Source: a virus
IMG/VR virus record: IMGVR_UViG_3300018059_000546
Reading direction: 5' to 3' (one strand)
DNA: 64,000 bases
The notes beneath the pieces were generated by a model. The model made no database searches, was not told where the DNA came from, and worked only from the letters and a program-made list of their open reading frames with translations. Of the stretch, positions 39,901-47,551 are shown piece by piece (position 1 is the stretch's first letter; every line of letters begins with the position of its first letter). A program made the position numbers and the translations under genes.

Positions 39901-40807
39901 CACCCATCTGCAGAGAATAGTTCGCGACTTTGAGGAATTGTGTCTGCCAGCTCGTTCCGAAGATCTTCGCTCGATCGAGCATGGACTTGATCTGGTCGTC
40001 AGCGACACCCAAACCTTTTTGTAATCCTATGAATGTTCCGGCGTCCGCAGCAATAGCACTACCGAACTCGTGGAACTGTGGCCCAGCTGCCTTGGCGACC
40101 GCTGAGAAGTGCTCTAACTGCTGGGCAAAGGTTCCCAACACTCTAAAGGTAGAAAGTCCCGTGCCAGTGATTCCAGCCTGTGCTCCCTTGAATGCACCAA
40201 GGACATTCTTAGACACGTCCGACTTGAAGTCTCCGGACTCTTTTCTCAAATTTTCAAGCGCTTGAAGAAACGCGGAGTCGACCGGAAAGTCAGTCGCCAT
40301 GTCGATAAGACCACTAAAGATCTTCAGAGGAATTGACGCGATCGACTTACCAATCTTGAAGACTCCACTGGCAAATCCCGTTGCCATCCCTATGGCAGAA
40401 GCTCCGCCGGCGACGATGTTCTTGAAACCCTGAACAAGTCCGTTCAAAGCACCAGCAGAAGCACTCTTGAGAGCGGGAAACTTCGTTGTAAGCAACTTCA
40501 TCCGCTTGTCAACGTCGCTTATTCCCTTTCCGGCTCCTTTGGTGCTAGTTCCAACAGCAGCCATGGCTTTTTCAGCTTGACTACCAGCTTCTTCGGACCT
40601 ATCCTTGAAGTCCTGCATCGCCTTAGAAGCTCCTGCGAGCTTTTCACCGATTTCTTCAGGTTTCATTCCCCCGACGATAGTAGCAATTTGAGTCGCCAGT
40701 TCGAGTTGGTTCCTCATCTCACGCGTTACCGCCGCAGCGAGGACTCGCCTTTCGGAGAACAGCTTATTGAACTGTTCAACTACCTTTATGTTGTCTATAT
40801 CAGCCAC
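36971..40807 (-). CDS. tail tape measure protein
   Basis: 1278 aa, Ala/Gly-rich helical with hydrophobic segments; downstream of tail chaperones. Confidence 0.85.
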   Translation of the reverse strand: MADIDNIKVVEQFNKLFSERRVLAAAVTREMRNQLELATQIATIVGGMKPEEIGEKLAGASKAMQDFKDRSEEAGSQAEKAMAAVGTSTKGAGKGISDVDKRMKLLTTKFPALKSASAGALNGLVQGFKNIVAGGASAIGMATGFASGVFKIGKSIASIPLKIFSGLIDMATDFPVDSAFLQALENLRKESGDFKSDVSKNVLGAFKGAQAGITGTGLSTFRVLGTFAQQLEHFSAVAKAAGPQFHEFGSAIAADAGTFIGLQKGLGVADDQIKSMLDRAKIFGTSWQTQFLKVANYSLQMGEAFGMSQKLLAKDVAAMVKDVKHFGSITQKEMTIASVYTRKLGIEIKSLTGMMDAFDTFEDAATNSAMLSQAFGTSVDAFKMMSAQNPADQLDMLRKSMAAAGKTSENMSRQELKLLANTTHLDEATAQLAFSTKNQGISLDQIKKKAGEAENAPLRQAEAMEKLAASIERVVMTGQMFKGGFVEQFLHGFQIGIKSSPAFVEMILTLRNALQQTMYMGVRVGKAFINLFPGATPMLKSITHSFDGFGKVLSGIEAAFKTLFVTADVRGFVENLQATFGKFFTGGGATGIASGAKTFFSHLAKMFANGLKFVIEELTKGLHKIGAFIKAYVKDPKTLEAAFASGADGAKSGFMKVIEPLVELVKDRALWTKLWGAITDAFGGVWQLVKKWVTSPAFLKIVAPIGIAMFGMLMAPTLIRGVAGGLASTITSTLFGAGKLGGDAAVGLAGKAPIGGKLMTGLFGNPYVAAAAFLVAVGVAGVGMSKGVEKFQDKLVADTSAIGGKVEKQIGSSLAGIVQLLSFGTVTDEAAYGMAKSFAKFTDNLFKQVDKIFGPSLGAVMKERLTIQFDFLTHIGDLIRNILSGNIDGIGKSIGSILADAFKMAVNNIRMVFMELPTAFINWIVPAIDRLSVFLYDSLSDTASGSVWTKVKPALWQSITNMGGPLWGAFKAMFFAVWTKLIPSLLVLVGTLGIWLLKAFGGLVEDITKGMWNLLISALMAIPGAIISKFAPSLMASFEKIKGMLKFGSGSDKKSVEQQAADATKLAQGKANSGIREDVAPKKLAVTPMGPEDVPADKMMKATATLEGMKALQELQKMDIQKTINDTGAKLDAINMDKINTGLLNRVTELNATMTKLSEGLKTSGADIEARLAPTIKATQDIIQSVRELDNILASGDATRISVSKNLSKFAKNAGLGGNDKYTITNKGIQINLDLKIVMNAEELEEALVLRTKSIIKESIKSSLGIGDDELRDKIRNR

Positions 40808-41910
40808 TTCGCAGTATACTTACGAGTAAGAATAACTAGGCTCTTAGTGTTCACATACAGATATCGTATTCGTGATAGTTCTTCGAAGGTTCGGCTTAAG
40901 AAGCTCGCTTCTTCTGTCAACTTCGTCTGGAACTATGTCAATAAACTCTCGTTCGAGAACATCAAACAACACGGCCGATTTCTCTCGACGTACGATGTAA
41001 ATTACTATTTGAATGGATGTTCAAAAGGTTTAGAAATTGGATCAAGTTCTATACAAGAAATTGCACGTTTTTACGTGCAAACTAGACAACAGTTCAAGAA
41101 ACGAAAACTCTCGTGGAGGAGCGCTAAACGTTCTCTTGGGTGGGTTCCACTTCGACACGACGGGTTTAAACTAAAGAACGATACCGTTCGCTATTGTGGA
41201 CATGACTTCAAACTCTGGAAGCATCGAGAGCTTCCGCAGGGAGCTAAGATAAAGACAGGATCATTCGTGCAAGATGCACGCGATCGTTGGTACTTGAATG
41301 TTTCCTTCGAAGTTCCCGATGTTGAAGTGCATGCGCTTCCTAGAACCGAGGTCGGCATCGACCTCGGTATCAAGAACCAACTGACCCTCTCGACGGGTGA
41401 GAACTTCACCCGCGGCAGCGAGACGAAGAAGTTCGCCGTAGATCTTGCACATGCCCAAAGGGCTCGCAAGAAGAAACGTATGAAAGCTGTCTCCGCCAAG
41501 GCGGCGAACCGTCGCTCCGATTGGACGCATAAGGTGACGACGGACATCGTCCGTCGCTTCGCGACGGTCTTCGTCGGTGATCTGAAGACGAGCGAGCTCG
41601 TCGCAAAATCTTCGTTATCTAATTTCTCGAGCCTCTACGATGCTTCCATCGGAAGCATCAAGCACTGCTTGAAATACAAAGCCAAGAAACTTGGCGGTGC
41701 TTGCTATGTCGTGAACGAGGCGTATACTTCCGTCACTTGCTACTTCTGTGAAGCCCGAAGCGGGCCGACAGGCAAAGGTGGGCTGGCGATAAGAGAGTGG
41801 ACGTGCCAAAGTTGCGGAGCGGTGCATCACCGCGACGTGAACGCCGCCCGGAACATTCTCCGTCGAGGGCATTCGACGCTGCAGAGGAGCCTCATAGGAG
41901 GAGATGCCAC
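40790..41910 (+). mobile_element. non-autonomous tnpB-only (IS1341-like) element at the tape-measure 5' end
   Basis: TTTAT immediately left of 40790, CCAC at 41907-41910, imperfect direct repeat GTTGTC.A..TC.GC at 40790 and 41911. Confidence 0.55.
40817..40838. promoter_or_regulatory. overlapping oppositely oriented late-promoter-like motifs for tnpB (+, TACTTA 40817-22) and tape measure (-, TAGTTA 40838-33)
   Basis: Both match the TA(C/G/T)TTA motif seen upstream of other structural genes, each about 25 nt from its GTG. Confidence 0.5.
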
Positions 41911-41929
41911 GTTGTCGACGTCTGCTTAG
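40847..41929 (+). CDS. tnpB: TnpB RNA-guided endonuclease (IS200/IS605 family), solo
   Basis: TYRYRI...VNFVWNY, RuvC-I VGIDLG, VFVGDL, VNEAYTSVTC..C, WTCQSCG..HHRDVNAARNI; start set at GTG 40847 because the longer ORF overlaps the tape measure gene; no tnpA nearby. Confidence 0.93.
   Translation: MFTYRYRIRDSSSKVRLKKLASSVNFVWNYVNKLSFENIKQHGRFLSTYDVNYYLNGCSKGLEIGSSSIQEIARFYVQTRQQFKKRKLSWRSAKRSLGWVPLRHDGFKLKNDTVRYCGHDFKLWKHRELPQGAKIKTGSFVQDARDRWYLNVSFEVPDVEVHALPRTEVGIDLGIKNQLTLSTGENFTRGSETKKFAVDLAHAQRARKKKRMKAVSAKAANRRSDWTHKVTTDIVRRFATVFVGDLKTSELVAKSSLSNFSSLYDASIGSIKHCLKYKAKKLGGACYVVNEAYTSVTCYFCEARSGPTGKGGLAIREWTCQSCGAVHHRDVNAARNILRRGHSTLQRSLIGGDATLSTSA
41780..41926 (+). ncRNA. predicted TnpB omega/reRNA with guide at 41911-41926
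   Basis: Expected position overlapping tnpB 3' end; CCTC-ATAG-GAGG hairpin 41890-41901; ...GATGCCAC boundary at 41910; 5' limit is a guess. Confidence 0.5.
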
Positions 41930-41936
41930 TTGTAAT

Positions 41937-42182
41937 TTACAGCGGCCAGACGCATCCAAAAACGTGCTCGAACGTACGAGAACAGGCATGCTTGCGTCTC
42001 AGAGCCTCTGTGATCTGTTCCAGTGACTTCGAATCGTCTAAAAGGGTGGATTCGAAGATCTTTGTGGCAGCAACAACGTCTACCAAAGCCTTCAATTCGG
42101 GTTTGGTTCCATGAAAGTTGTACGCAGGTCGTTCCACTGCGCTCTCGATTAGGGCTTTACGAAGTAGAAAACGATCCTTCAT
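41937..42182 (-). CDS. hypothetical tail-region protein
   Basis: Start set at MKDRFL with TATTTA just upstream. Confidence 0.65.
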   Translation of the reverse strand: MKDRFLLRKALIESAVERPAYNFHGTKPELKALVDVVAATKIFESTLLDDSKSLEQITEALRRKHACSRTFEHVFGCVWPL

Positions 42183-42199
42183 GGGCATAAATACCTGGT

Positions 42200-42481
42200 T
42201 CAAGTGAATCGACGTAAACGGGCAGGAGTTTGGGCTCGGTGCTTCCCAGTCATCGCTGCGTAGGTCGGATCATTCTGGTGGTTCATGGCCTTAGAAGGTC
42301 CGTTTCCTGGTTCTCCCTCTCCGGCCGAGCCTTTGATTTCTTTGGCAACTCTTTCAATGAACCATCGTTTGTAGACGATCGGAATGTTCAGGGCCTCGAT
42401 GTACGTGAACCCCAAATAATACATGAGAAGAAAAATCGGCTCGAGGAACACCTGTTCCCGGTTTTCGTAGGTCAACGGGAA
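42200..42481 (-). CDS. tail/baseplate assembly chaperone C-terminal part (gp51-like), probably made by recoding
   Basis: LTYENREQVFLEPIFLLMYYLGFTY.EALNIPIVYKRWFIERV; +1 frame relative to upstream chaperone; no SD. Confidence 0.65.
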   Translation of the reverse strand, partial: FPLTYENREQVFLEPIFLLMYYLGFTYIEALNIPIVYKRWFIERVAKEIKGSAGEGEPGNGPSKAMNHQNDPTYAAMTGKHRAQTPARLRRFT

Positions 42482-42512
42482 CGGGTGAACTACTGCGACA
42501 GAAGGGCCTTCC

Positions 42513-43334
42513 TCACCCCTTGGGAAAGAAAAAGCCCACGCCAACCGGCACGCTGACCTCCTCAACAGCGTCGCATTCGCTGCAGTCGATCACCTGAGTC
42601 ATATCGATCCCAGGTTCACACTTGGACATGTACTTTCTGAGTGCATCGGCATCTCGAACAACCATGCTGTTGATAGCGCGGATGATCTCGAGCCTGTTGT
42701 CATTTCCATCGATGGCGACAATCGTCTGAGCTAGCCGAGAAGTCACGGTCGTTTCGATGTCGTGATTGAACTTGGCCTTCTTCTGATTCTGGGTCAAAAG
42801 CATCGACTCCTCGTCGGCACCGGTCAAGAACTTGAACTGGACCTTCTTTTTCGACTGGGGGAGTTCGAATTCGAAGAGATTCAATCCGACTCCTACAGGG
42901 GTGGCTTCCAACTCTTTAATCGGCAACTCGTCCAGTTTGAACGTATGGGTCTGCTTGTGTCCGCACTGGGGACACTCGACAGTGGCTTCGTATTCTGGTC
43001 CGTAGCTCATAACACGAAGGGCGACCAGAAGAGCGTAACGATCTCCTGAAAGCATCTTGTCGACAGGAATAGACTGGTCAACGAGACAGTTCTTGATGAG
43101 GTGAGTGACGACCGTTCCCTTCTTGATGAGAGCACGAGACATGAGGATATCCTCTTCTCGGGTTGTCATGGCGCGAATTTCGACCTGCGCTCTCATGTGG
43201 AGAGGAGATCCTTCCGGGTAAGCCTTTCCTCCCGAAGGGAGCGGAATCGATTCAACAGGAACATCCACAGCCATCTGCTGCTTGATAAGATTCCCGCCAT
43301 GCTGAAACACAGGATTTCTAACGTCACCGCTCAT
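42513..43334 (-). CDS. baseplate hub/tail assembly chaperone (T4 gp26-like)
   Basis: PLPSGG..Y, IRAMT.REEDIL, GDR.ALL.ALR..SYG, CPQC, CSEC, ends GFFFP. Confidence 0.8.
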   Translation of the reverse strand: MSGDVRNPVFQHGGNLIKQQMAVDVPVESIPLPSGGKAYPEGSPLHMRAQVEIRAMTTREEDILMSRALIKKGTVVTHLIKNCLVDQSIPVDKMLSGDRYALLVALRVMSYGPEYEATVECPQCGHKQTHTFKLDELPIKELEATPVGVGLNLFEFELPQSKKKVQFKFLTGADEESMLLTQNQKKAKFNHDIETTVTSRLAQTIVAIDGNDNRLEIIRAINSMVVRDADALRKYMSKCEPGIDMTQVIDCSECDAVEEVSVPVGVGFFFPKG

Positions 43335-43357
43335 TTGATATCACCCATCTTGTAAAA

Positions 43358-43654
43358 TTACTCTTTGTTCGAAGATTTGTACCCTGCTTCTGTCAAGACA
43401 TAAACATCGAACTCAATTCGCATGCTACGAACAACCTTTTCATCGTCAGAAAGACGATGAACAAGCCTACGTTCTTGAAGAACTTCCAAGGCCTCCTTTA
43501 CGACGACCAAGGAATATAGAGTCTCCAGAGAGATGTAACCAGAGAAACAAGGCAACGGATGACGCGGCCACATACAAGCTAGAATTCGTTCCAATAGAAT
43601 TGGAGCGTACTGTCTTGCGGGCTTTGTCATGGGTCCGCTCTTTGTATGTATCAA
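43358..43654 (-). CDS. hypothetical protein (winged-helix-like)
   Basis: ALEVLQERRLV...YVLTEAG. Confidence 0.5.
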   Translation of the reverse strand: MIHTKSGPMTKPARQYAPILLERILACMWPRHPLPCFSGYISLETLYSLVVVKEALEVLQERRLVHRLSDDEKVVRSMRIEFDVYVLTEAGYKSSNKE

Positions 43655-43660
43655 CCTGCG

Positions 43661-44287
43661 TCAATTTTTCCCACGAGGGCGATGTGCTCTCGGGTCGATT
43701 TCTTCGGGTTTGATGGGTCCAACATTTTCAAAAACGTCCACAAAGACTTTCTGACCCCGGACATCTTTCAACATATCTCCGGGACGAATCGTTCCAAGCA
43801 TTTCTAAAGCTTCATCGAGCGGAGGAGGAGATTCTACATCGATTTCATCTCCACAGAGCTCACCACCGGCTTGAAAGGCTTCTATTGTCGTCATCTTGCT
43901 ACGGGCAGCTCTTCGCACGGCTCTTTTCTTAGAATCTTCCAAAACATCCTTGATGGAAAACGAAGCAAGGTCGCCAGCTTTTTCGAGAGTCTTTCCCTGA
44001 AATAACAGAAGATCTGCTCGATTTCTGATCAACGCAAGTTGGCTGTAAGAGACCTTGGCTTCTCCGTCCGGATGCCATAGAACAATCTCTAGCGGATCAA
44101 GACCAGCAATCTGGCTGGCTCTGATCTCCGGGTCATCCATCAACCAAGCTACGGGCTCTCCATCTCGATCTGCCAAAAATTTCTTACCAGCCTTGTACTG
44201 GAGATCGAGACGCTTAGCAAAGGAAACGAATTGCCGAGGCAAACCTGCGAACTGGGAGCGAGACCAACGTTTATCCATGGTGATCAT
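43661..44287 (-). CDS. hypothetical protein
   Basis: Start set at MITMDK to avoid overlap with the divergent + gene. Confidence 0.65.
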   Translation of the reverse strand: MITMDKRWSRSQFAGLPRQFVSFAKRLDLQYKAGKKFLADRDGEPVAWLMDDPEIRASQIAGLDPLEIVLWHPDGEAKVSYSQLALIRNRADLLLFQGKTLEKAGDLASFSIKDVLEDSKKRAVRRAARSKMTTIEAFQAGGELCGDEIDVESPPPLDEALEMLGTIRPGDMLKDVRGQKVFVDVFENVGPIKPEEIDPRAHRPRGKN

Positions 44288-44324
44288 GGTACTATAAACA
44301 AATCTAGGTGAAGTATTTATAGAA

Positions 44325-45089
44325 ATGGTCATTTCGCCCAAAAAAGATAACGCTCGAACAGGTTCAGAATTCGCCAAGAGCATCATGGGAATAACGGGAA
44401 TCCCACGAGAGAACGCGATTCTCATCGAGCTTATAAATGGGAATGTGCCTGATTTCATTCGCGCGCGCGTGCACGTAGCATCGATGAATGAGAAATTAGG
44501 ATTCAGCGTCACTTTTACCGTAATTCCACGATTTTTGGCGATTGGTACGAATGAGGATCATTTCTACGTGCCCATGGCTCCCACCACAGCCCAAAAGGTC
44601 GCGGATTTGTACGGGGCCATGCTTCCAACGTACAAGATGGTTCAGGACATCTTCACGTTCGCAAGTTGGAAACAGATCGCCGTTCCCTTGCAGTTCGGAC
44701 CACTGATGACGTCGACTGAATGGTACAAGAGGCACAACGATATCGTGGTGAAGCAACTAGAAAATGTTCCGTTTCCAGCTCTGTGTGACGGTTACAAGAA
44801 GAACGTCATCATCAGCAAGAACATGGAGACGAAGCCGAATTCCGTCTTCATCTACGGCTGGATGAAAGATCAATCGGGTAACTTTTGGCAGGGGCTTCCG
44901 TTGTACCCGGGACATTCGAGAGACTACGCAGATTATAGCCACTCTGTTCGACTTGTAGATCGAAAGATGATACTCACAAATCTAAACGACGAAACTTCTA
45001 TTGAAGTAGACGCATACGATATCTTGAAAGATCCAGCTCTCTGCATTCTCCTCAGCGCTGAGGGTCCGCTATCCAAACCGTACTACTGA
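44325..45089 (+). CDS. conserved-looking enzyme of unknown function, candidate cell-wall hydrolase
   Basis: Well-formed ORF (FLAIGT.ED...PM...TAQ..AD...LPT, GYKKNV, IYGW, H..DYADYSH.VRLV, LLSAEG); TATTTA 5 nt upstream. Confidence 0.6.
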   Translation: MVISPKKDNARTGSEFAKSIMGITGIPRENAILIELINGNVPDFIRARVHVASMNEKLGFSVTFTVIPRFLAIGTNEDHFYVPMAPTTAQKVADLYGAMLPTYKMVQDIFTFASWKQIAVPLQFGPLMTSTEWYKRHNDIVVKQLENVPFPALCDGYKKNVIISKNMETKPNSVFIYGWMKDQSGNFWQGLPLYPGHSRDYADYSHSVRLVDRKMILTNLNDETSIEVDAYDILKDPALCILLSAEGPLSKPYY

Positions 45090-45856
45090 ATCTGTACATG
45101 CGGCCATGTTGTTCCGTTTCTAATTCGTCGAACCATCCGATCATTGATTTCGAATTTTCTAGCGACATCCAGATAATGCATTCCAGAAGCTAACATTTTC
45201 TTGATTGCTAGAACAACCTCTTCTGTGAGTTTAGCAAAATGAGATTTTGTTCCCAAATGCTTCCCTTTTTGTTGTAAGCTCATCTGCTGACGTTGCTCAG
45301 GTGTTCGTTTTTGTCCACGAAGTTTCATTCCAACGAACTTCGCAATTTCAGGGTTTTTCATATGATGAAGATGAGAACGTGAGCGCTTTGTCGCCGACGC
45401 TTTCTCATATGCACTCTTGTCATGCGGTTTTCGGTTCGGGTACTTCTTCCCTTTGTTCTTGCCCATCATCGACGCAGACTTCCTAGCTTTAACCTCAGGA
45501 CGGTGAGATGGATTCAAAGCTCCCTTCATTTTCTCAGCTCCTCTCCGTTGTGCTTCCTCCGAAATTCTACCTCCAGAGCCGCCCTCTCGTCTGTTGTAAC
45601 CGATCTTCGGATTCATCGCATCGAAATGATCGACCCAGTACGTCTCAGCATCGAGTGAGTCCTTCTCAGTCGTGAAGCTCTGGAAGATGCGAAATTCGAA
45701 GTGCTTATCTCCGTATTTTCTCATCGCAGAGTACAATGCTTTGACATGACCTCGGCGAGCATTTTCGCGGTGATCTTTCCAGCGATCGATCGGATCATTA
45801 GCTTTACCAACGTAGAGTTTGCCGTTGATTCTATTGATGATTACGTAAACGTGCAC
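45083..45856 (-). CDS. GIY-YIG homing endonuclease with NUMOD3-like repeats and HTH
   Basis: VYVIINRINGKLYVGK...RW..H, LYSAMRKYG..HF, GYN...GG, AKLTEE.V..I...TW.HV. Confidence 0.92.
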   Translation of the reverse strand: MHVYVIINRINGKLYVGKANDPIDRWKDHRENARRGHVKALYSAMRKYGDKHFEFRIFQSFTTEKDSLDAETYWVDHFDAMNPKIGYNRREGGSGGRISEEAQRRGAEKMKGALNPSHRPEVKARKSASMMGKNKGKKYPNRKPHDKSAYEKASATKRSRSHLHHMKNPEIAKFVGMKLRGQKRTPEQRQQMSLQQKGKHLGTKSHFAKLTEEVVLAIKKMLASGMHYLDVARKFEINDRMVRRIRNGTTWPHVQIQ

Positions 45857-45876
45857 AACAAGATTGTACTACGAAA

Positions 45877-46302
45877 TCAATGGAATCCACATTCTGGACA
45901 AGGTTCGTTCGGATCGTATCCTTGATGTTTGCATTGTGGACATTCGAACGCGCCGCTACCATCATCTGGTTCACACAATTCGCAAAACTCATCATTCGGA
46001 TTAGCAGTTTGAGATCCGCAACCAGCACATGGATTGTCTTTATGAGGATCATGTCCACAATCAGGACAAGACCAGTCTTTTGTGGGTATGTTCTTTCGAT
46101 CGCACTGTGGGCAATCCCACGCGTCGCGCTCGATTTCGTGGTTCATCAATTGTTTCTGAGAAAAGAACCTACATTGTTGGTTCGGGCACTCAACGTTGTT
46201 CATGCCTCCGATGTACGCACCTGGATGATTGCATCCGGGACAAACAGCCTCAGAAAGCACCCGCCGAACAATTTCTCGAAACTCTTTCAGGGTGGCTTGC
46301 AT
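45877..46302 (-). CDS. multi zinc-ribbon protein with putative virion-targeting leader
   Basis: MQATLKEFREIVRRVLSE then multiple CxxC pairs; TAGTTA upstream. Confidence 0.75.
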   Translation of the reverse strand: MQATLKEFREIVRRVLSEAVCPGCNHPGAYIGGMNNVECPNQQCRFFSQKQLMNHEIERDAWDCPQCDRKNIPTKDWSCPDCGHDPHKDNPCAGCGSQTANPNDEFCELCEPDDGSGAFECPQCKHQGYDPNEPCPECGFH

Positions 46303-46306
46303 TACT

Positions 46307-47551
46307 CTAACTATTCGAAAACAGCTTCAGATAGAGCTGTGCTACATTGTACCAGCTGTTTTCTTCCACGTACTTCAGCTGTTTGTCGACCTGCTTCTTC
46401 TTCATAAGAGGATCGGAGAAAAGCTTATCCAATATCTCTGCAAGGGACTTGGGATCGTCCGCCTTGAGGGTTGGGATGTCCGAGAAGTGATTCACGGACG
46501 TCGTAACGACGGGCACGGCTTTCGACATAGCGGAACGTGCTGCGCCGGAAGCTCCGTACACCTCGTGCTTCGGGTGGGACGTGTACGGAAACAGCACAGC
46601 CTGGTTGGTGCGCATGTAGCTGTCCAGCACCTCGACGGACTGGAACCCTCTGATGATCGAAACGTTGGATTCTAATCCGTGTTTAGTGACGAACGACATG
46701 AGCTCATCGTAGTAGAGCTGATGTTCGGTCGCATTGAAGGGCGATTCGGAGAACAGCCCCGTGAAAAACGCATCCTCGTACCTGCCAGCGAGGATCCGTG
46801 CCACCTCCAGGGACGTCTCCCAACCCTTGTACCGGAAACCAAATCCGAATTGCATGAAGGTTCTGGGTGACTTATAGAGGTTCCAGAGCTTCTTCCTGTC
46901 CAGGCACGGATCGCAGCCGTGCGGAATGACCGAAACAGATCCGCAGATCTTCTTCTCATCATCGAGAACTTTCTTCGCGCCGTCGAGATGAACGACGATC
47001 TCAGGCATCGCAGCTTCACAGATCGTCTTGTCACGATGGTGGAACACGGAATGCATCGTGACGATGACCCTTCGAGATCTCATCTGTGAAAGGAACGATA
47101 GCCAGTGGCGCGCATTGGACCAAAGCCCCCACTCGTGCTGCACCCAAACGATATCCGGATCGTATTCATCTATCCGCTTGACAAGCTCTTTTAGATCTTC
47201 TCCACGCTTCCAACAGATTACAACATCTTCGTCGGCGACTGTTCTATCTCCAACAAGATGAAGAGGTCCGGTCGGAGTGTCGTTACGTTCGATGAACAAC
47301 CTAGCATGACCAACACCGTCGATGACGTGCGGCCACAGTTTCTCGGAGTACGTGGAAATTCCGCACACCATCTTCCAATTTCCGACGAATGCAACCTTCA
47401 TCTCGTTGAGCGGTTTTTGGACACGATCGTGCTTCGAAAGAGAGATGGGATTTTCGGAAGATGATTCGACCACTTTCATTCCTTTCGATTCGAACGGAGA
47501 ATCCGACACAGTTACGATCTTGTCATTTCGTATGCCGACATACTTGACCAT
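46307..47551 (-). CDS. GT-B glycosyltransferase (family 4-like)
   Basis: CGISTYS, DIVWVQHE, VTMHSV, IPHG, FGF..RYKG, FPY...YGASGA. Confidence 0.88.
   Translation of the reverse strand: MVKYVGIRNDKIVTVSDSPFESKGMKVVESSSENPISLSKHDRVQKPLNEMKVAFVGNWKMVCGISTYSEKLWPHVIDGVGHARLFIERNDTPTGPLHLVGDRTVADEDVVICWKRGEDLKELVKRIDEYDPDIVWVQHEWGLWSNARHWLSFLSQMRSRRVIVTMHSVFHHRDKTICEAAMPEIVVHLDGAKKVLDDEKKICGSVSVIPHGCDPCLDRKKLWNLYKSPRTFMQFGFGFRYKGWETSLEVARILAGRYEDAFFTGLFSESPFNATEHQLYYDELMSFVTKHGLESNVSIIRGFQSVEVLDSYMRTNQAVLFPYTSHPKHEVYGASGAARSAMSKAVPVVTTSVNHFSDIPTLKADDPKSLAEILDKLFSDPLMKKKQVDKQLKYVEENSWYNVAQLYLKLFSNS

Noticed and set aside
40577-40846. 90-aa N-terminal extension of TnpB in the ORF track
   Set aside because: Overlaps the tape-measure gene antisense; TnpB similarity starts at VFTYRYRI.
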